Of a stretch of 64,000 nucleotides of DNA, positions 20,328 through 33,023 are shown piece by piece. How positions within the stretch are numbered: the first letter of the stretch is position 1; the number at the start of each line of letters is the position of its first letter. A model generated the notes under the pieces. That model searched no databases. It was not told the DNA's origin and saw nothing but the letters and a program-made list of their open reading frames with translations. This stretch comes from Patescibacteria group bacterium (GTDB lineage Bacteria; Patescibacteriota; Minisyncoccia; Phycocordibacterales; UBA9973). Both the position numbers and the translations under genes were made by a program. The DNA lies in the NCBI GenBank assembly GCA_038063515.1, contig JBBTUY010000004.1:35717-99716 (forward strand), in the 5' to 3' direction.

Positions 20328-21278
20328 CTATTTATTCGTATTGTTTGAAATAATCTCCACCGCTTTTTTAATGATTGGTAATATATCGTTATATATTCGG
20401 AGTTCGGCAAGAGCAGATAATGAGAACCACCGTGCATTATCAAGTCCAGTAGAATCCTCAAGTACAAGTTCTTTGTATTCACTCTCTGCTAGGAAATACA
20501 CTACCCTTTTTAAACTTCTCCCATTAACTGGGTGATTTGCCACATACTCGTTTTGACCTAATTTTTCTTTTATAACTACGTCGAGTCCTATCTCTTCTTT
20601 AATCTCTCTGATGGTAGCCTGTTCTTCATTTTCACCCTCTTCAATGCCACCCTTTGAAAGGGTCCAATAACCAAAAACATCATGAACAAGAGCAAAGAAA
20701 ATTTCACTACCCTGTGCACCCTGCCTTACAGCATAGACCAGTGCCCCACCCTTTCTCTCCACAGGTAAAGTAGAGATGTCTACAGGCTCACCAAAATTTT
20801 TATCTTTTGTTTTGGTCTTCTGCTCTTTATCAGGCTCACCGAGCTCTTTGTATACTGCACCGAGTACTCCATTTACAAATTTACTAGAATTCTCCCCGCC
20901 GAAGCTTTTTGCTAATTCTATAGATTCATTTATAGCTACCTTAGGAGGTACTTGTACCCTGTTGCCAAAAAGTAGCTCACACAAGCCTATGCGTAATATA
21001 TTTCTATCTACAATAGAAATCTTATCTATAGGCCAGTCAGGTGCAGCTTTTTCTATGACTTCGTCTATGACAGTACGATTCTTTAATATTTGATCAATGA
21101 GAGAATGCACAAAAGCATCATCTGTGGCTTCAGGCATGAACTCTTTTAAATTTCTTTTTAGAATCTCACTTATGACTTCACTTTCTTTGTGTTCTCCACT
21201 CTTTTTTTCAACAGGCATGAAATCCCATTCAAAGAGGGTTTGGAGCACTATTGATCTTGAGAGGTGCCTGTTTGCCAT
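20328..21278 (-). CDS. nusB: NusB antitermination factor fused to a C-terminal NUDIX hydrolase
   Basis: NRHLSR, DRNILR, PPKVAINESIELAK, FVNGVL; Nudix box GGIEEGENEEQATIREIKEEIG. Confidence 0.9.
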   Translation of the reverse strand: MANRHLSRSIVLQTLFEWDFMPVEKKSGEHKESEVISEILKRNLKEFMPEATDDAFVHSLIDQILKNRTVIDEVIEKAAPDWPIDKISIVDRNILRIGLCELLFGNRVQVPPKVAINESIELAKSFGGENSSKFVNGVLGAVYKELGEPDKEQKTKTKDKNFGEPVDISTLPVERKGGALVYAVRQGAQGSEIFFALVHDVFGYWTLSKGGIEEGENEEQATIREIKEEIGLDVVIKEKLGQNEYVANHPVNGRSLKRVVYFLAESEYKELVLEDSTGLDNARWFSLSALAELRIYNDILPIIKKAVEIISNNTNK

Positions 21279-21349
21279 AAATTAATGAGCTATAGAAAAC
21301 AAGTTAACTAATTAACACCCAAAATAATCAAAATAATATTGGGTAGTAA

Positions 21350-21583
21350 TTACTTAGCTTCAGATGGAGCAGCTTTAGCCTTAGCTTTTTTCTGCTTTTT
21401 CTCTGTCTTTTTTACTAAATCAAATACCTTTTTACCTCTATAAAAACCGCAAGTAGAACAGACTGTGTGACGTCTCTTCATAGCCGCGCAATTAGTACAC
21501 TTAGCAAAGCTAGTGCTCTCTAAAGCGTGGTGAGAACGCCTGTTCTTTGTATGCGATTTTGTATGTCTCATTCGTACTACCAT
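21350..21583 (-). CDS. rpmF: 50S ribosomal protein L32
   Basis: RRSHHAL, CTNC..HTVCSTCGFYRGK. Confidence 0.93.
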   Translation of the reverse strand: MVVRMRHTKSHTKNRRSHHALESTSFAKCTNCAAMKRRHTVCSTCGFYRGKKVFDLVKKTEKKQKKAKAKAAPSEAK

Positions 21584-21684
21584 AATATATACACTCTAGC
21601 ATATTATGGCTTAAATGCAAAATTATACGACCAGGAACCAACCGAGGACGTGAAAAAATCCAAGAATGTGCTATTATCTAAAAC

Positions 21685-22932
21685 ATGAACATAGATGAAC
21701 AAAAAGAGAATAGCAGTGATCACAAAAGACTCGGAAAAGAGCTTGGTATATTTACATTTAGTGATACAGTCGGAAAAGGATTGCCATTATGGCTACCAAA
21801 AGGTGCGACAATACGTCGTGAACTTGAACGCTTTATAGTTGACGAAGAGATAAGAAGAGGATACCTTCACGTACGAACACCTGATATCGCAAAACTTGAT
21901 TTATACAAAAAATCAGGTCACTACCCTCACTACAAAGACTCAATGTATGCACCAATACAAATAGATGATGAAGAATTTATGCTTCGTCCGATGACATGCC
22001 CTCATCACTTCGAACTTTATCTTTCTAGTCCTCATAGTTACCGTGAGCTACCTATGCGCATAGCAGAGCTTGCTCAACTTTATCGATATGAGCAATCAGG
22101 TGAACTCATGGGACTACAAAGAGTTCGAAGCTTCTGTCTCGCTGACGCACATATAATATGTAAAGACGAAGAACAAGCAGTGGATGAGATAAGTCGTGCA
22201 CTTGATCTTATTGAATACGTAACTTCAGTATTTAATTTAAAGCTTGATGTCGACTATAGATACCGATTATCTCTAGGTGATAGAAATAATACAGAAAAAT
22301 ACTACAAAAACGACAATGCCTGGGAAAAAGGCGAAGACTTGCTTCGCAAATTAATGCAGAAAAGAGGTTCAAAATTTGAAGAAGCTAAAGATGAAGCTGC
22401 TTTTTATGGACCAAAGATAGATATACAAATGAAAAACGTAAACGGCAAAGAGGATACTGCGTTTACTGTTCAGTATGATTTCTGCATGCCAAGTAGATTT
22501 AATTTAACATATGTTGGAGAAGATGGTCAAAATCATACTGCATTCGTAGTACACAGATCCTCTATCGGAGCCATAGAGCGAATAATGGCATTCCTCATAG
22601 AGAAATACAGTGGTGCCTTCCCTCTCTGGCTTTCTCCTGTGCAAGTAAAAATAATTCCCGTCCGAACAAATCACACTGACTATGCACAGAAAATATCTGA
22701 AATGCTCAAAGAGCATAATATTCGTGTGGAATTAGATGACAAAGATGAAAACTTAGGTACGAAAGTTCGCGATGCTAAAAATAACAAGATGCCTTACTGG
22801 ATCGTCATCGGTGATAAAGAAATAGAGGCGGATAAAGTAACTCTCGAATCTCGTGACTCTGGAAACTTAGGACAAATGTCAAAAGAAGGCCTCATAGCAA
22901 AATTATTAGAAGAAATTAAAAATAAGAAATAA
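21685..22932 (+). CDS. thrS: Threonine--tRNA ligase lacking the N-terminal TGS/editing domains
   Basis: Begins at DHKRLGKEL; RPMTCPHH, YRYEQSGEL, AAFYGPKID, HRSSIGAIER; 415 aa. Confidence 0.95.
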   Translation: MNIDEQKENSSDHKRLGKELGIFTFSDTVGKGLPLWLPKGATIRRELERFIVDEEIRRGYLHVRTPDIAKLDLYKKSGHYPHYKDSMYAPIQIDDEEFMLRPMTCPHHFELYLSSPHSYRELPMRIAELAQLYRYEQSGELMGLQRVRSFCLADAHIICKDEEQAVDEISRALDLIEYVTSVFNLKLDVDYRYRLSLGDRNNTEKYYKNDNAWEKGEDLLRKLMQKRGSKFEEAKDEAAFYGPKIDIQMKNVNGKEDTAFTVQYDFCMPSRFNLTYVGEDGQNHTAFVVHRSSIGAIERIMAFLIEKYSGAFPLWLSPVQVKIIPVRTNHTDYAQKISEMLKEHNIRVELDDKDENLGTKVRDAKNNKMPYWIVIGDKEIEADKVTLESRDSGNLGQMSKEGLIAKLLEEIKNKK

Positions 22933-22936
22933 TTAT

Positions 22937-25239
<2,303 letters not shown>

Positions 25240-25254
25240 TTATTATATCAGAAT

Positions 25255-27093
25255 TTACCTTATTTGCCAATCAGCTTTTTCCTTGATTTTATTAGTTATT
25301 TTATCAAAAAAAGTACCGACTTCGAGGTCTGTAAGTGTGCGCTCGTAAGACTGGAAAATTAACCGAAAAGCATACGATATTTTTCCATCCTTTTTAAATT
25401 CATCAAAAAGATATGGCCCATGAACCACGAGCTCTCCCATATTCTCTCGTATAATTTTCTCTACGTCTCCTGCCACTACGCTCTCTGGCACCCACAATGC
25501 TATGTCGCGTGAAATAAATGGATACAAAGACCACATTTTAAATTTTTCTAAATTAGCAGTCACAGCAGGAGTGTTTTCTGAATGGTCTGGGGATTTTTTC
25601 CGAGGACCTGAGGAAAACACTCCTGCTGTGACTGCTTGATATAATTCATCTAACGTTTTCTCTATAATCCCGTCTTTCTCATTATATGCGACATGAGTCT
25701 CTTCACTGCCCTTTTTAAAGACACTTCCAATTTCAAATATTTTAACTTCTTTCATTTCTAGCAATGCAGAATTTATTTTATTTAATTTCAAACTCTCTTT
25801 GAGGCCGTCAGCAAGGTTCGTGCGAAGGAATTTCTTATCAGATGCACTTTGCATGACTTCTATTTCTCCCTTATCACAAAATGCATAACTCATGACTTCA
25901 GAATACCCCTTACTTCGAAGCTCATTTCTCACAGCAGACATTTTTATATATGTTTCATTTACCTTTGGTGTAAAGTTAATTTTTGGAATGATAGGCTTCA
26001 CCTTATCGTAGCCCAAGATTCGTCCGATCTCTTCTGCCATGTCTTCCTCACAAGTAAGGTCGAGGCGCATGGGTGGAACAATGATCTCAAAGACATCACC
26101 TTCATTTTTATATCCAATTTTATATCTTTCTAGAATATTACCTATCTCTACAACAGAAACTTCCAGTCCTAAAATTTTAGAAATCCTATCTGCAGAGAAT
26201 TTTAATTTCTTTTCTTTTTGTTTGACTGTATACACATCAACTATATCTTCAAAAGTAGCGTCAGGGAACATTTCAAATATAAGTGTAGAGAGTTCACGCA
26301 TAGCATAAGGTGCAAGCTCGGGAGACAAATCATTTTCAAATCTTTTGCGTGCGTCTGTAAAAATATTTAATGCTTGCGCAGTTTTTCTTATACTTATTGG
26401 ATCGAAATTTCCCACCTCGAGAATTATATTTGTAGTATTGTCACTTACTCCAGAATCTGCACCCCCTTTGATCCCAGCTAGAGCGAGAGGTTTTTTTTCA
26501 TCACATACAAGCATGACTCCTTCTTTGTCTTTCACTACTACACCTTTTGGGTTCTTTGTGGAAGGTAATAAATTTAATACATCATCTTTGAGACTTGGGC
26601 GAACGATGATGCCTCCTTCTAATTTATCTAAATCAAAACAATGCGTTGGTTGCCCTGTGTTATACATCACAATATTTGTAGCATCCACGAGATTGTTTAT
26701 ACTTCTCTCGCCTATGGACTCCAAGTGATTCACTACCCAGTCCGGACTTGGGCCTACTTTTACGTTACGAACCACTCTACCCATAAATCTCCTACACTTA
26801 TCTGTCTTTATATCTATCTTTAGATTAGTAGCTACAGATGAAGGAGTTTTATATTTTGGCGTTGGGTCGGTATATGAAATATTTAAAAGAGAAGCGAGCT
26901 CTTGTGCCACTCCCTTATGAGAAAGTAAATCATGTGACCTATTGGGTAGTATGTTTATATCAAAAATTGTGTCACCTTCTTTTTTCTCTACGCTCTCTAC
27001 CTCACAAATATGGTAAGTAAAAATGTCTGCGAGCTTATCTCTATCTGGTGCTTCTGGTATGTACCACTTAAGCCAATTGTAAGAAATTTTCAT
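25255..27093 (-). CDS. pheT: Phenylalanine--tRNA ligase beta subunit (short form) with a palindromic insertion
   Basis: MKISYNWLK, NRSHDLLS, INNLVDATN, RLDL..EEIGRILGY, C-terminal anticodon-binding domain; start at ATG 27093. Confidence 0.93.
   Translation of the reverse strand: MKISYNWLKWYIPEAPDRDKLADIFTYHICEVESVEKKEGDTIFDINILPNRSHDLLSHKGVAQELASLLNISYTDPTPKYKTPSSVATNLKIDIKTDKCRRFMGRVVRNVKVGPSPDWVVNHLESIGERSINNLVDATNIVMYNTGQPTHCFDLDKLEGGIIVRPSLKDDVLNLLPSTKNPKGVVVKDKEGVMLVCDEKKPLALAGIKGGADSGVSDNTTNIILEVGNFDPISIRKTAQALNIFTDARKRFENDLSPELAPYAMRELSTLIFEMFPDATFEDIVDVYTVKQKEKKLKFSADRISKILGLEVSVVEIGNILERYKIGYKNEGDVFEIIVPPMRLDLTCEEDMAEEIGRILGYDKVKPIIPKINFTPKVNETYIKMSAVRNELRSKGYSEVMSYAFCDKGEIEVMQSASDKKFLRTNLADGLKESLKLNKINSALLEMKEVKIFEIGSVFKKGSEETHVAYNEKDGIIEKTLDELYQAVTAGVFSSGPRKKSPDHSENTPAVTANLEKFKMWSLYPFISRDIALWVPESVVAGDVEKIIRENMGELVVHGPYLFDEFKKDGKISYAFRLIFQSYERTLTDLEVGTFFDKITNKIKEKADWQIR
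25555..25636. repeat. 82-bp intragenic palindromic element, copy 2 (inside pheT)
   Basis: Perfect 24-bp inverted arms AGCAGTCACAGCAGGAGTGTTTTC; core identical over 26 bp to the trmD copy. Confidence 0.9.
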
Positions 27094-27107
27094 TTTAAAA
27101 TTACAAA

Positions 27108-27824
27108 TTAAAACTGATTGAGGCGTAAGTCTCCTTGATAAAAAAGTCGCACATCTGGTATACCCCACTTGATCATGGCTATGCGGTCAAGACCTCCCCC
27201 AAAGGCAAAGCCTTGTACTTTATCTGGATTAAGTCCGCAATTTTTAATAACATTTGGATGGAGCATTCCCCCACCCATCATCTCAAGCCACCTGCCTTTA
27301 AACTTCGCATGCACTTCAAGTGACGGCTCGGTAAAAGGAAAGAAGCTCGGACGAAACTCTACTTCTGTCTCCTCTCCTAGCATCTTTTTATAAAATTCAG
27401 TGAGTACGCCTTTTAGATTTGCCAAGCTAACTCCGTCCTCGATACTACCTATCATGACACCATCTACTTGGTAAAATTGCATTTCATGCGTAGCATCAGT
27501 AGCTTCATTTCTATACACCTTACCAACTGATATAAATGCACATGGCAGCCTGCCGTCTTTTCCAGCCTGCTCTATGGCACGTGCTGTCACACTCGTACTA
27601 TGAGTACGGAGTACTTCGCCTTTAGAATCTTTAATCCAAAAAGTGTCTTGCATGTCCCGTGCTGGATGATCCTTGGCAACATTTAAAACATCGAAATTGT
27701 ACCACTCAGTCTCGAGCTCAGGACCAGTCGCTATTTCAAAACCCATCTCTGAAAAAGCCTTGTAGGCTTCTTCAGCTAAAAGTGTGAGTGGATGTATGGT
27801 ACCTTTTTTAATTTCTTTATTCAT
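27108..27824 (-). CDS. pheS: Phenylalanine--tRNA ligase alpha subunit (no N-terminal coiled coil)
   Basis: HPARDMQDTF, LRTHST, FRPSFFPFTEPS, GFAFGGGLDR. Confidence 0.96.
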   Translation of the reverse strand: MNKEIKKGTIHPLTLLAEEAYKAFSEMGFEIATGPELETEWYNFDVLNVAKDHPARDMQDTFWIKDSKGEVLRTHSTSVTARAIEQAGKDGRLPCAFISVGKVYRNEATDATHEMQFYQVDGVMIGSIEDGVSLANLKGVLTEFYKKMLGEETEVEFRPSFFPFTEPSLEVHAKFKGRWLEMMGGGMLHPNVIKNCGLNPDKVQGFAFGGGLDRIAMIKWGIPDVRLFYQGDLRLNQF

Positions 27825-27826
27825 TA

Positions 27827-28108
27827 TTAAAATAAACCATCGTGGTGTTTCTTGCGAAGTTCGTATTCATTACTTTCACGATTATGAATAAGGGTAAAGT
27901 GAGTACTTCCGTCATAATGAAGAGGCTTAACAATCTTAAAGTGAGCTATTCCCTCTTTTTCTTCTCTGTTATGATGCCGTGCTTCATCAAAAAATGCCTT
28001 GGCATTAGATTCATTCTCTTCTAAATACTTAGCAGCTTGTTTTGCAGAATGACTATGTTCATCTATGTTTACCTTGTGACCATGTATGCTTAATGTAGTT
28101 GTTGGCAT
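27827..28108 (-). CDS. Hypothetical His-rich small protein
   Basis: Open frame filling the gap between trhO and pheS in the same orientation. Confidence 0.55.
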   Translation of the reverse strand: MPTTTLSIHGHKVNIDEHSHSAKQAAKYLEENESNAKAFFDEARHHNREEKEGIAHFKIVKPLHYDGSTHFTLIHNRESNEYELRKKHHDGLF

Positions 28109-28137
28109 ATATAAATGCAAGTTAAATTACCAAAAGA

Positions 28138-29073
28138 TTATACCAAATTGTTCTCGACTGGACTAATTTTGCGACCATGACGAGACAAGACACATCCACC
28201 CGGACAAAAGGCTTTTCCCTCTCCCTCATCTACGCATTTAACACAAGCTATAAAATGCCTGTGGCATACAGGATTAGCACAATTCACATAATTCTCTGAT
28301 GTGTCTCCACATGTGTCGCACTTTCCTATTATTTTATGCTTCATATCATCCGTATAAAAACCCATAGTTACCCTACCATCAAATACATACAGTTTTCCAT
28401 GGAAGTCTTCGTTAGGATATTTCTCCATATAGCTCACGATGCCACCATCTAGCTGGTACACGTCAGTGAAATCTTGTGTGACAAGAAAACCAGATGCTTT
28501 CTCACAGCGAACACCACCAGTACACACAGTGAGAACAGTTTTATTTTTCAAATGAGATATCTGCTCTACTAGCTTTGGTAAGTCTCTGAAATTCTCCATA
28601 GGAGGAAGTATAGAATTTTCAAAATGCCCCACTTTGTGCTCATACGCATTACGCATATCTACAATATAAAATTCTCTGCCTGTTTTTATCCATTCATGCA
28701 ATTCTTCAGGTTTTAAATGCACACCCGTAATTTCATTTGGATCTATGTCACAAGTGCCTAAATGTAAAGACACTATCTCATTGCGTACTTTTATTGATAG
28801 TTTTGGAAATGCATACCCAGTACCTGTGCTTAGTTTAAAATGAATATTTTTAAATCTTTCATCTTTTTCTAATTCAAAAATATATTCTTGGATGTTTTCT
28901 TTTGTGCCTTCGTATGTAGCGTTTATACCCTCAGATGCGATGATGCACCTGCCTTTCAAGCCCAGCTTTTCACAAAGCTCTTTCTCTTTTTTCATCACAT
29001 TTTCTGTATCAGAAATATGTACATACTTATATAAAAGTAGTATTTCGTATTGTTCTTTGCCTTCTTCAGTCAT
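28138..29073 (-). CDS. trhO: Rhodanese-domain tRNA uridine(34) hydroxylase TrhO/YceA family
   Basis: LKGRCIIASEGIN, DMRNAYE..GHF, CTGGVRCEK, LDGGI, GKLYVFDGR. Confidence 0.88.
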   Translation of the reverse strand: MTEEGKEQYEILLLYKYVHISDTENVMKKEKELCEKLGLKGRCIIASEGINATYEGTKENIQEYIFELEKDERFKNIHFKLSTGTGYAFPKLSIKVRNEIVSLHLGTCDIDPNEITGVHLKPEELHEWIKTGREFYIVDMRNAYEHKVGHFENSILPPMENFRDLPKLVEQISHLKNKTVLTVCTGGVRCEKASGFLVTQDFTDVYQLDGGIVSYMEKYPNEDFHGKLYVFDGRVTMGFYTDDMKHKIIGKCDTCGDTSENYVNCANPVCHRHFIACVKCVDEGEGKAFCPGGCVLSRHGRKISPVENNLV

Positions 29074-29127
29074 AAGGCTATATTAGCTATAAAAAGACAA
29101 AAATACAAGATTCTATGGCGAAAAAAA

Positions 29128-32058
29128 TTACTTATAAATTTCAGCCATCTTACAATACGGGCAAGTACCACCTTTCCCAAATGAATTATAATCACAGGGA
29201 CGAGAAGTCCACTCTCCTGTTTTTATAGCATCATCATATTCTTTTATATCCTTAATGAGTAAATTTATTTCTTCATCAGTTATTTTTGTATTATAGATAC
29301 CCTCTTTATTACTTTGTGCTTCTAAAAATTCTAGTCTAGATTCACTTACCTTTAGTTTCCATTTAGAGTTTTTCTCTATAAGAAAAGAATACATTGCGAG
29401 CTGCCGCATGTAGTTACTCATTCTACCATCCTCATCTCTCTTTTCTATTTCTCCCTTTTTCCTCACTCCACCTGTTTTAAAATCAGTCACACGAACAGTA
29501 TTCGGATCTAAATATTCTATAAGATCTAACTTTCCATACATATTTAAATGTGGGAATTCTTCGCTATTAAGCGAAACACTTTTTTCAGCCTCCCTTTTCT
29601 CTGATATCTCTTCTAGTCTGCCTTCAACCCAAGTAGAAATAATATATAATATTTCTTTATTGCCTAAGCTTATTTCTTCTAACTCTTTTTTAGATGGGGA
29701 ATTTTTTAAACTTAAAATTTTATCGATAGCTGTATGCACAGCACTTCCAAACTCAAGACTAGCACTCTTTTCTTCAGGTAATTGAAGCAAGTTTCTAAAA
29801 TACCATTTCCAGGGGCATTCAAAAAAGTTATTAAGGAGAGATACGGAAATTTTCCTATCTTCATAGTCTCGTGCAACCAACTTCTGCAAAAGAGCTAGCG
29901 TCGTATGTGTATCTTCCACCTCTTTTTTCTCTGTATATATCTTAGGGTCGTTTTTTAAAATTATTCTCTCTGTCTCATCTTTATTTTGTTTTTCTAAATG
30001 CTCACCTATGTTACTGACAATGTGTGCTAATTCCAAATCACCTCCGCTATATGAATGAAGTGCATATGATAATGTACAAAATCTTTTAGCTCTTGTGATA
30101 GCTACGTATAATTGACGTTTCAAAACTTCCTCATCTTGTTTTTCTATTACCTCTTCGAGAACTTCTGGTAAAGTAAATCCTCCATGCCTACCAGAAGATA
30201 AAGATTTCTGGTCCATGTGTGCGATCCACACATAGTCAAACTCTAGCCCTTTTGATCCATGGAGTGTGAGCACCTTCACTCCCGTATCAGAAGAAAAAAC
30301 AGCAAGAGGGATATGCTCTCCATAAGACTCCAGTCTATCTAAAAAAAACAAGAAGTCCTTAAGTGTAGTTTTTGAATTTTTCTCTAGTTGTGAAAGTGCT
30401 AAGTGTAAAAATGTACGCACCACTTCAACACGCAAGACTAGCTCTTCATGGTTTTTTGCACCCTGAAGCAGGAATTCTGACCCTATATTTTGTATTAAAG
30501 AATACAAATCTAAATCCACAGATCTGTTAATAAAGGATTTTAATTTCTCTATCCACAAACTGACAGAATCCTCATTTTTAAAAAGGCTATTGTCAGGATC
30601 AGGAATATCTAAAATAGAAAACTCTCGCATATTGTGCTCTTTTATAAACTTATGTGCAAGGAGAGGATTAATTTCTGAAAACTTATTAAAAAGAGACGCA
30701 GATATTGCTACCCCACTCTCTGGATATACTATTATCTTTAAGATCTCTAAAAGGCTTCTGGTTTCTTCTCTGTCAAAAAAGTTTAACTTATCACCGCTTG
30801 CGACCGGTATCCCCATATCACGCAATATTGCCATCGCACTACGAACATGTTTGTTTTTAGGCACGAGTATTGCTATATCCTCTGCATTCTCTTTATTTTT
30901 CAATCTCTCTTTGATCTCTAGTCCGCACATAATGATCTCATCTCTTTGATAGCTTGCCTCCACTAAACGCACAGGGTGATTTTCAGTAAGGTTACTTTTT
31001 AATTTACCATCTGTTAAAGAACTCTGAAGTAAGGTATGGGATAATTCTAAAATTTTCTCTGTTGAACGATAATTTTCCTCTAAAGTAATTAATTTTGTTT
31101 CACCAAATGTATGTTTAAAATTATCAAAATACGCAAGAGACGCGCCATTAAATCCATAGATGAGTTGTCTGTCATCTCCCACGACAAAAATATTTGGTCT
31201 CTCTTCTTCGCCCCATACTTTTTCTAGAAATTCATTCTGAATACCAGAAGAGTCTTGGTGTTCATCTACTAATATATACTGATACTTTTCCTTAAGGTCA
31301 TAAAGAGCCTCCTCAGAATTCTCTACTATTTTCACCAAATTTGCCAAAACATCATCGTAGTCAAATAAGTTTTTATCTTTTTTAGCTTCTTCATAAAGTT
31401 CGTAGAACTTTATGGCCTCCAGTGTACGATGTAGCCCTTCTATCTTTTTTTGGATATCCTTTTTTAATTCACCTTTTGTAGCTCCCCGTAAAGAAATGTT
31501 GTCAGGATCAGATTCTAATATCGAAATCTCTTTTGTAATCAGATTTTGAAATGACGAGCCTGTCATACGCTCTCGTTTTAAGAGAGAGATTAAATTTTTC
31601 AAATCATGAAAATATCTTGATGCATCTGACCTTGGGCGAATATAAGTCCATTCATTATCATTTAAAATAGAGTCGCAGAGTAATACAGCATCAGACTCAT
31701 CCATGACTTTAGGTATAATATCCATGTCTAAGACATTAAAATATTGCTCTATCATTTCCATGGCAAAACTATGAAAAGTAGAGACATGTACTTTAGAAAA
31801 TTCAGGCCCTATGTATTCACGCAAACGCAAACGCATAGCCTTAACACCAGAATTAGTAAATGTAAGGCATAAGATACTGCTAGCCCCGGCATCCGTTGTC
31901 TTTAGGATGTGTGCTATACGAAGTGCTAGTACCTGCGTCTTTCCTGTGCCTGGACCTGCAACAACCATGACAGGTCCATCGATAGTATCCACTGCCTGTT
32001 TTTGAGCTTTATTTAATTTCTTATATTCTTTTATAAAATTTTGTTCTATCTCTTTCAT
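29128..32058 (-). CDS. UvrD/PcrA-like helicase with C-terminal PD-(D/E)XK nuclease domain
   Basis: AGPGTGKT, LVDEHQD, VGDDRQLIY, ENYRS, HGSKGLEF, YVAITRAK; GKLDLI..DFKTG; Cys cluster CPWK..CPYC. Confidence 0.9.
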   Translation of the reverse strand: MKEIEQNFIKEYKKLNKAQKQAVDTIDGPVMVVAGPGTGKTQVLALRIAHILKTTDAGASSILCLTFTNSGVKAMRLRLREYIGPEFSKVHVSTFHSFAMEMIEQYFNVLDMDIIPKVMDESDAVLLCDSILNDNEWTYIRPRSDASRYFHDLKNLISLLKRERMTGSSFQNLITKEISILESDPDNISLRGATKGELKKDIQKKIEGLHRTLEAIKFYELYEEAKKDKNLFDYDDVLANLVKIVENSEEALYDLKEKYQYILVDEHQDSSGIQNEFLEKVWGEEERPNIFVVGDDRQLIYGFNGASLAYFDNFKHTFGETKLITLEENYRSTEKILELSHTLLQSSLTDGKLKSNLTENHPVRLVEASYQRDEIIMCGLEIKERLKNKENAEDIAILVPKNKHVRSAMAILRDMGIPVASGDKLNFFDREETRSLLEILKIIVYPESGVAISASLFNKFSEINPLLAHKFIKEHNMREFSILDIPDPDNSLFKNEDSVSLWIEKLKSFINRSVDLDLYSLIQNIGSEFLLQGAKNHEELVLRVEVVRTFLHLALSQLEKNSKTTLKDFLFFLDRLESYGEHIPLAVFSSDTGVKVLTLHGSKGLEFDYVWIAHMDQKSLSSGRHGGFTLPEVLEEVIEKQDEEVLKRQLYVAITRAKRFCTLSYALHSYSGGDLELAHIVSNIGEHLEKQNKDETERIILKNDPKIYTEKKEVEDTHTTLALLQKLVARDYEDRKISVSLLNNFFECPWKWYFRNLLQLPEEKSASLEFGSAVHTAIDKILSLKNSPSKKELEEISLGNKEILYIISTWVEGRLEEISEKREAEKSVSLNSEEFPHLNMYGKLDLIEYLDPNTVRVTDFKTGGVRKKGEIEKRDEDGRMSNYMRQLAMYSFLIEKNSKWKLKVSESRLEFLEAQSNKEGIYNTKITDEEINLLIKDIKEYDDAIKTGEWTSRPCDYNSFGKGGTCPYCKMAEIYK

Positions 32059-32100
32059 ACTAAAAGCTTAACATACGGGAACTTTGCAAATCTACTTTAT

Positions 32101-33021
32101 TTAAATCTTTTTTGGAAAGATAAAGGACAATGTAATTGAAGAAAAAAGTGCAAACATTATAACAGCGAATGAAATAAGTGATGATACATGCAAGCCAAAT
32201 ATCCCAGCGAGCATCTTAAGACCAATAAATACAAGTATCACAGCGAGACCCTTCTGTAAGTGGTGAAAGCGGTGTAAAATATTTTCAAGCAAAAAGAATA
32301 ATGCTCGAAGACCCATAATAGCAAAAATATTTGAAGTAAACACAACGAATAAATTTTGTGAGATAGAAAATACAGCGGGTATAGAGTCGACAGCAAATAT
32401 GATATCTGTCGCCTCCACCATAAGCACAACCATGAAAAGTGATGTAAAGTAAAACTTACCATTTTCTCTAAAAAAGAACTTCCCGCCATGGTGACTATCA
32501 GTAAAGGGAAATATTTTATGGAAAAACTTAATAATTTTATTGTCTTTAAAGTTGATGTGCTCCTCCTTCTTTTGCCATAATAACTTTATGCCAGTATAGA
32601 GAAGTATCGCTCCAAATATATAGAGAACCCAGTAAAACTGATGAATGATGTATGCACCAAGTCCAATAAAAATACCTCGGAAAATTATCGCCCCTAAAAT
32701 TCCCCAAAACAAAGCTCTATGGTGGTATTTTTCCTCCAGATTAAAATAGCTGAAAATGAGCATGATGACAAAGAGGTTGTCTACTGAGAGCATCTTCTCA
32801 GTAACATATGCACTAAAGAATTCAATAGCCAGATCTTTTCCTACAAATAAAAATATAAGCATGCCGAACAAAAGAGATACAGCTATCCAAAAAATAGACT
32901 GATACAAAGCTGGCTTAAACTCGATCTTATGGCTCTTTTTATTAAAAAATCCTAGGTCTGCGACCAGAAAACCTGTCACCACAACACCAAATAATAGCAT
33001 TAAAATATTTTGAGCATCCAT
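32101..33021 (-). CDS. TerC/Alx family membrane protein
   Basis: EKMLSVDNLFV, EATDIIFAVDSIPA, SNIFAIMGLRALFF. Confidence 0.92.
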   Translation of the reverse strand: MDAQNILMLLFGVVVTGFLVADLGFFNKKSHKIEFKPALYQSIFWIAVSLLFGMLIFLFVGKDLAIEFFSAYVTEKMLSVDNLFVIMLIFSYFNLEEKYHHRALFWGILGAIIFRGIFIGLGAYIIHQFYWVLYIFGAILLYTGIKLLWQKKEEHINFKDNKIIKFFHKIFPFTDSHHGGKFFFRENGKFYFTSLFMVVLMVEATDIIFAVDSIPAVFSISQNLFVVFTSNIFAIMGLRALFFLLENILHRFHHLQKGLAVILVFIGLKMLAGIFGLHVSSLISFAVIMFALFSSITLSFIFPKKI

Positions 33022-33023
33022 TA

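Noticed and set aside
20706-20732. AVRQGAQG in NusB-NUDIX as another palindromic insertion
   Set aside because: No convincing stem remains in the DNA; it cannot be supported without an alignment.
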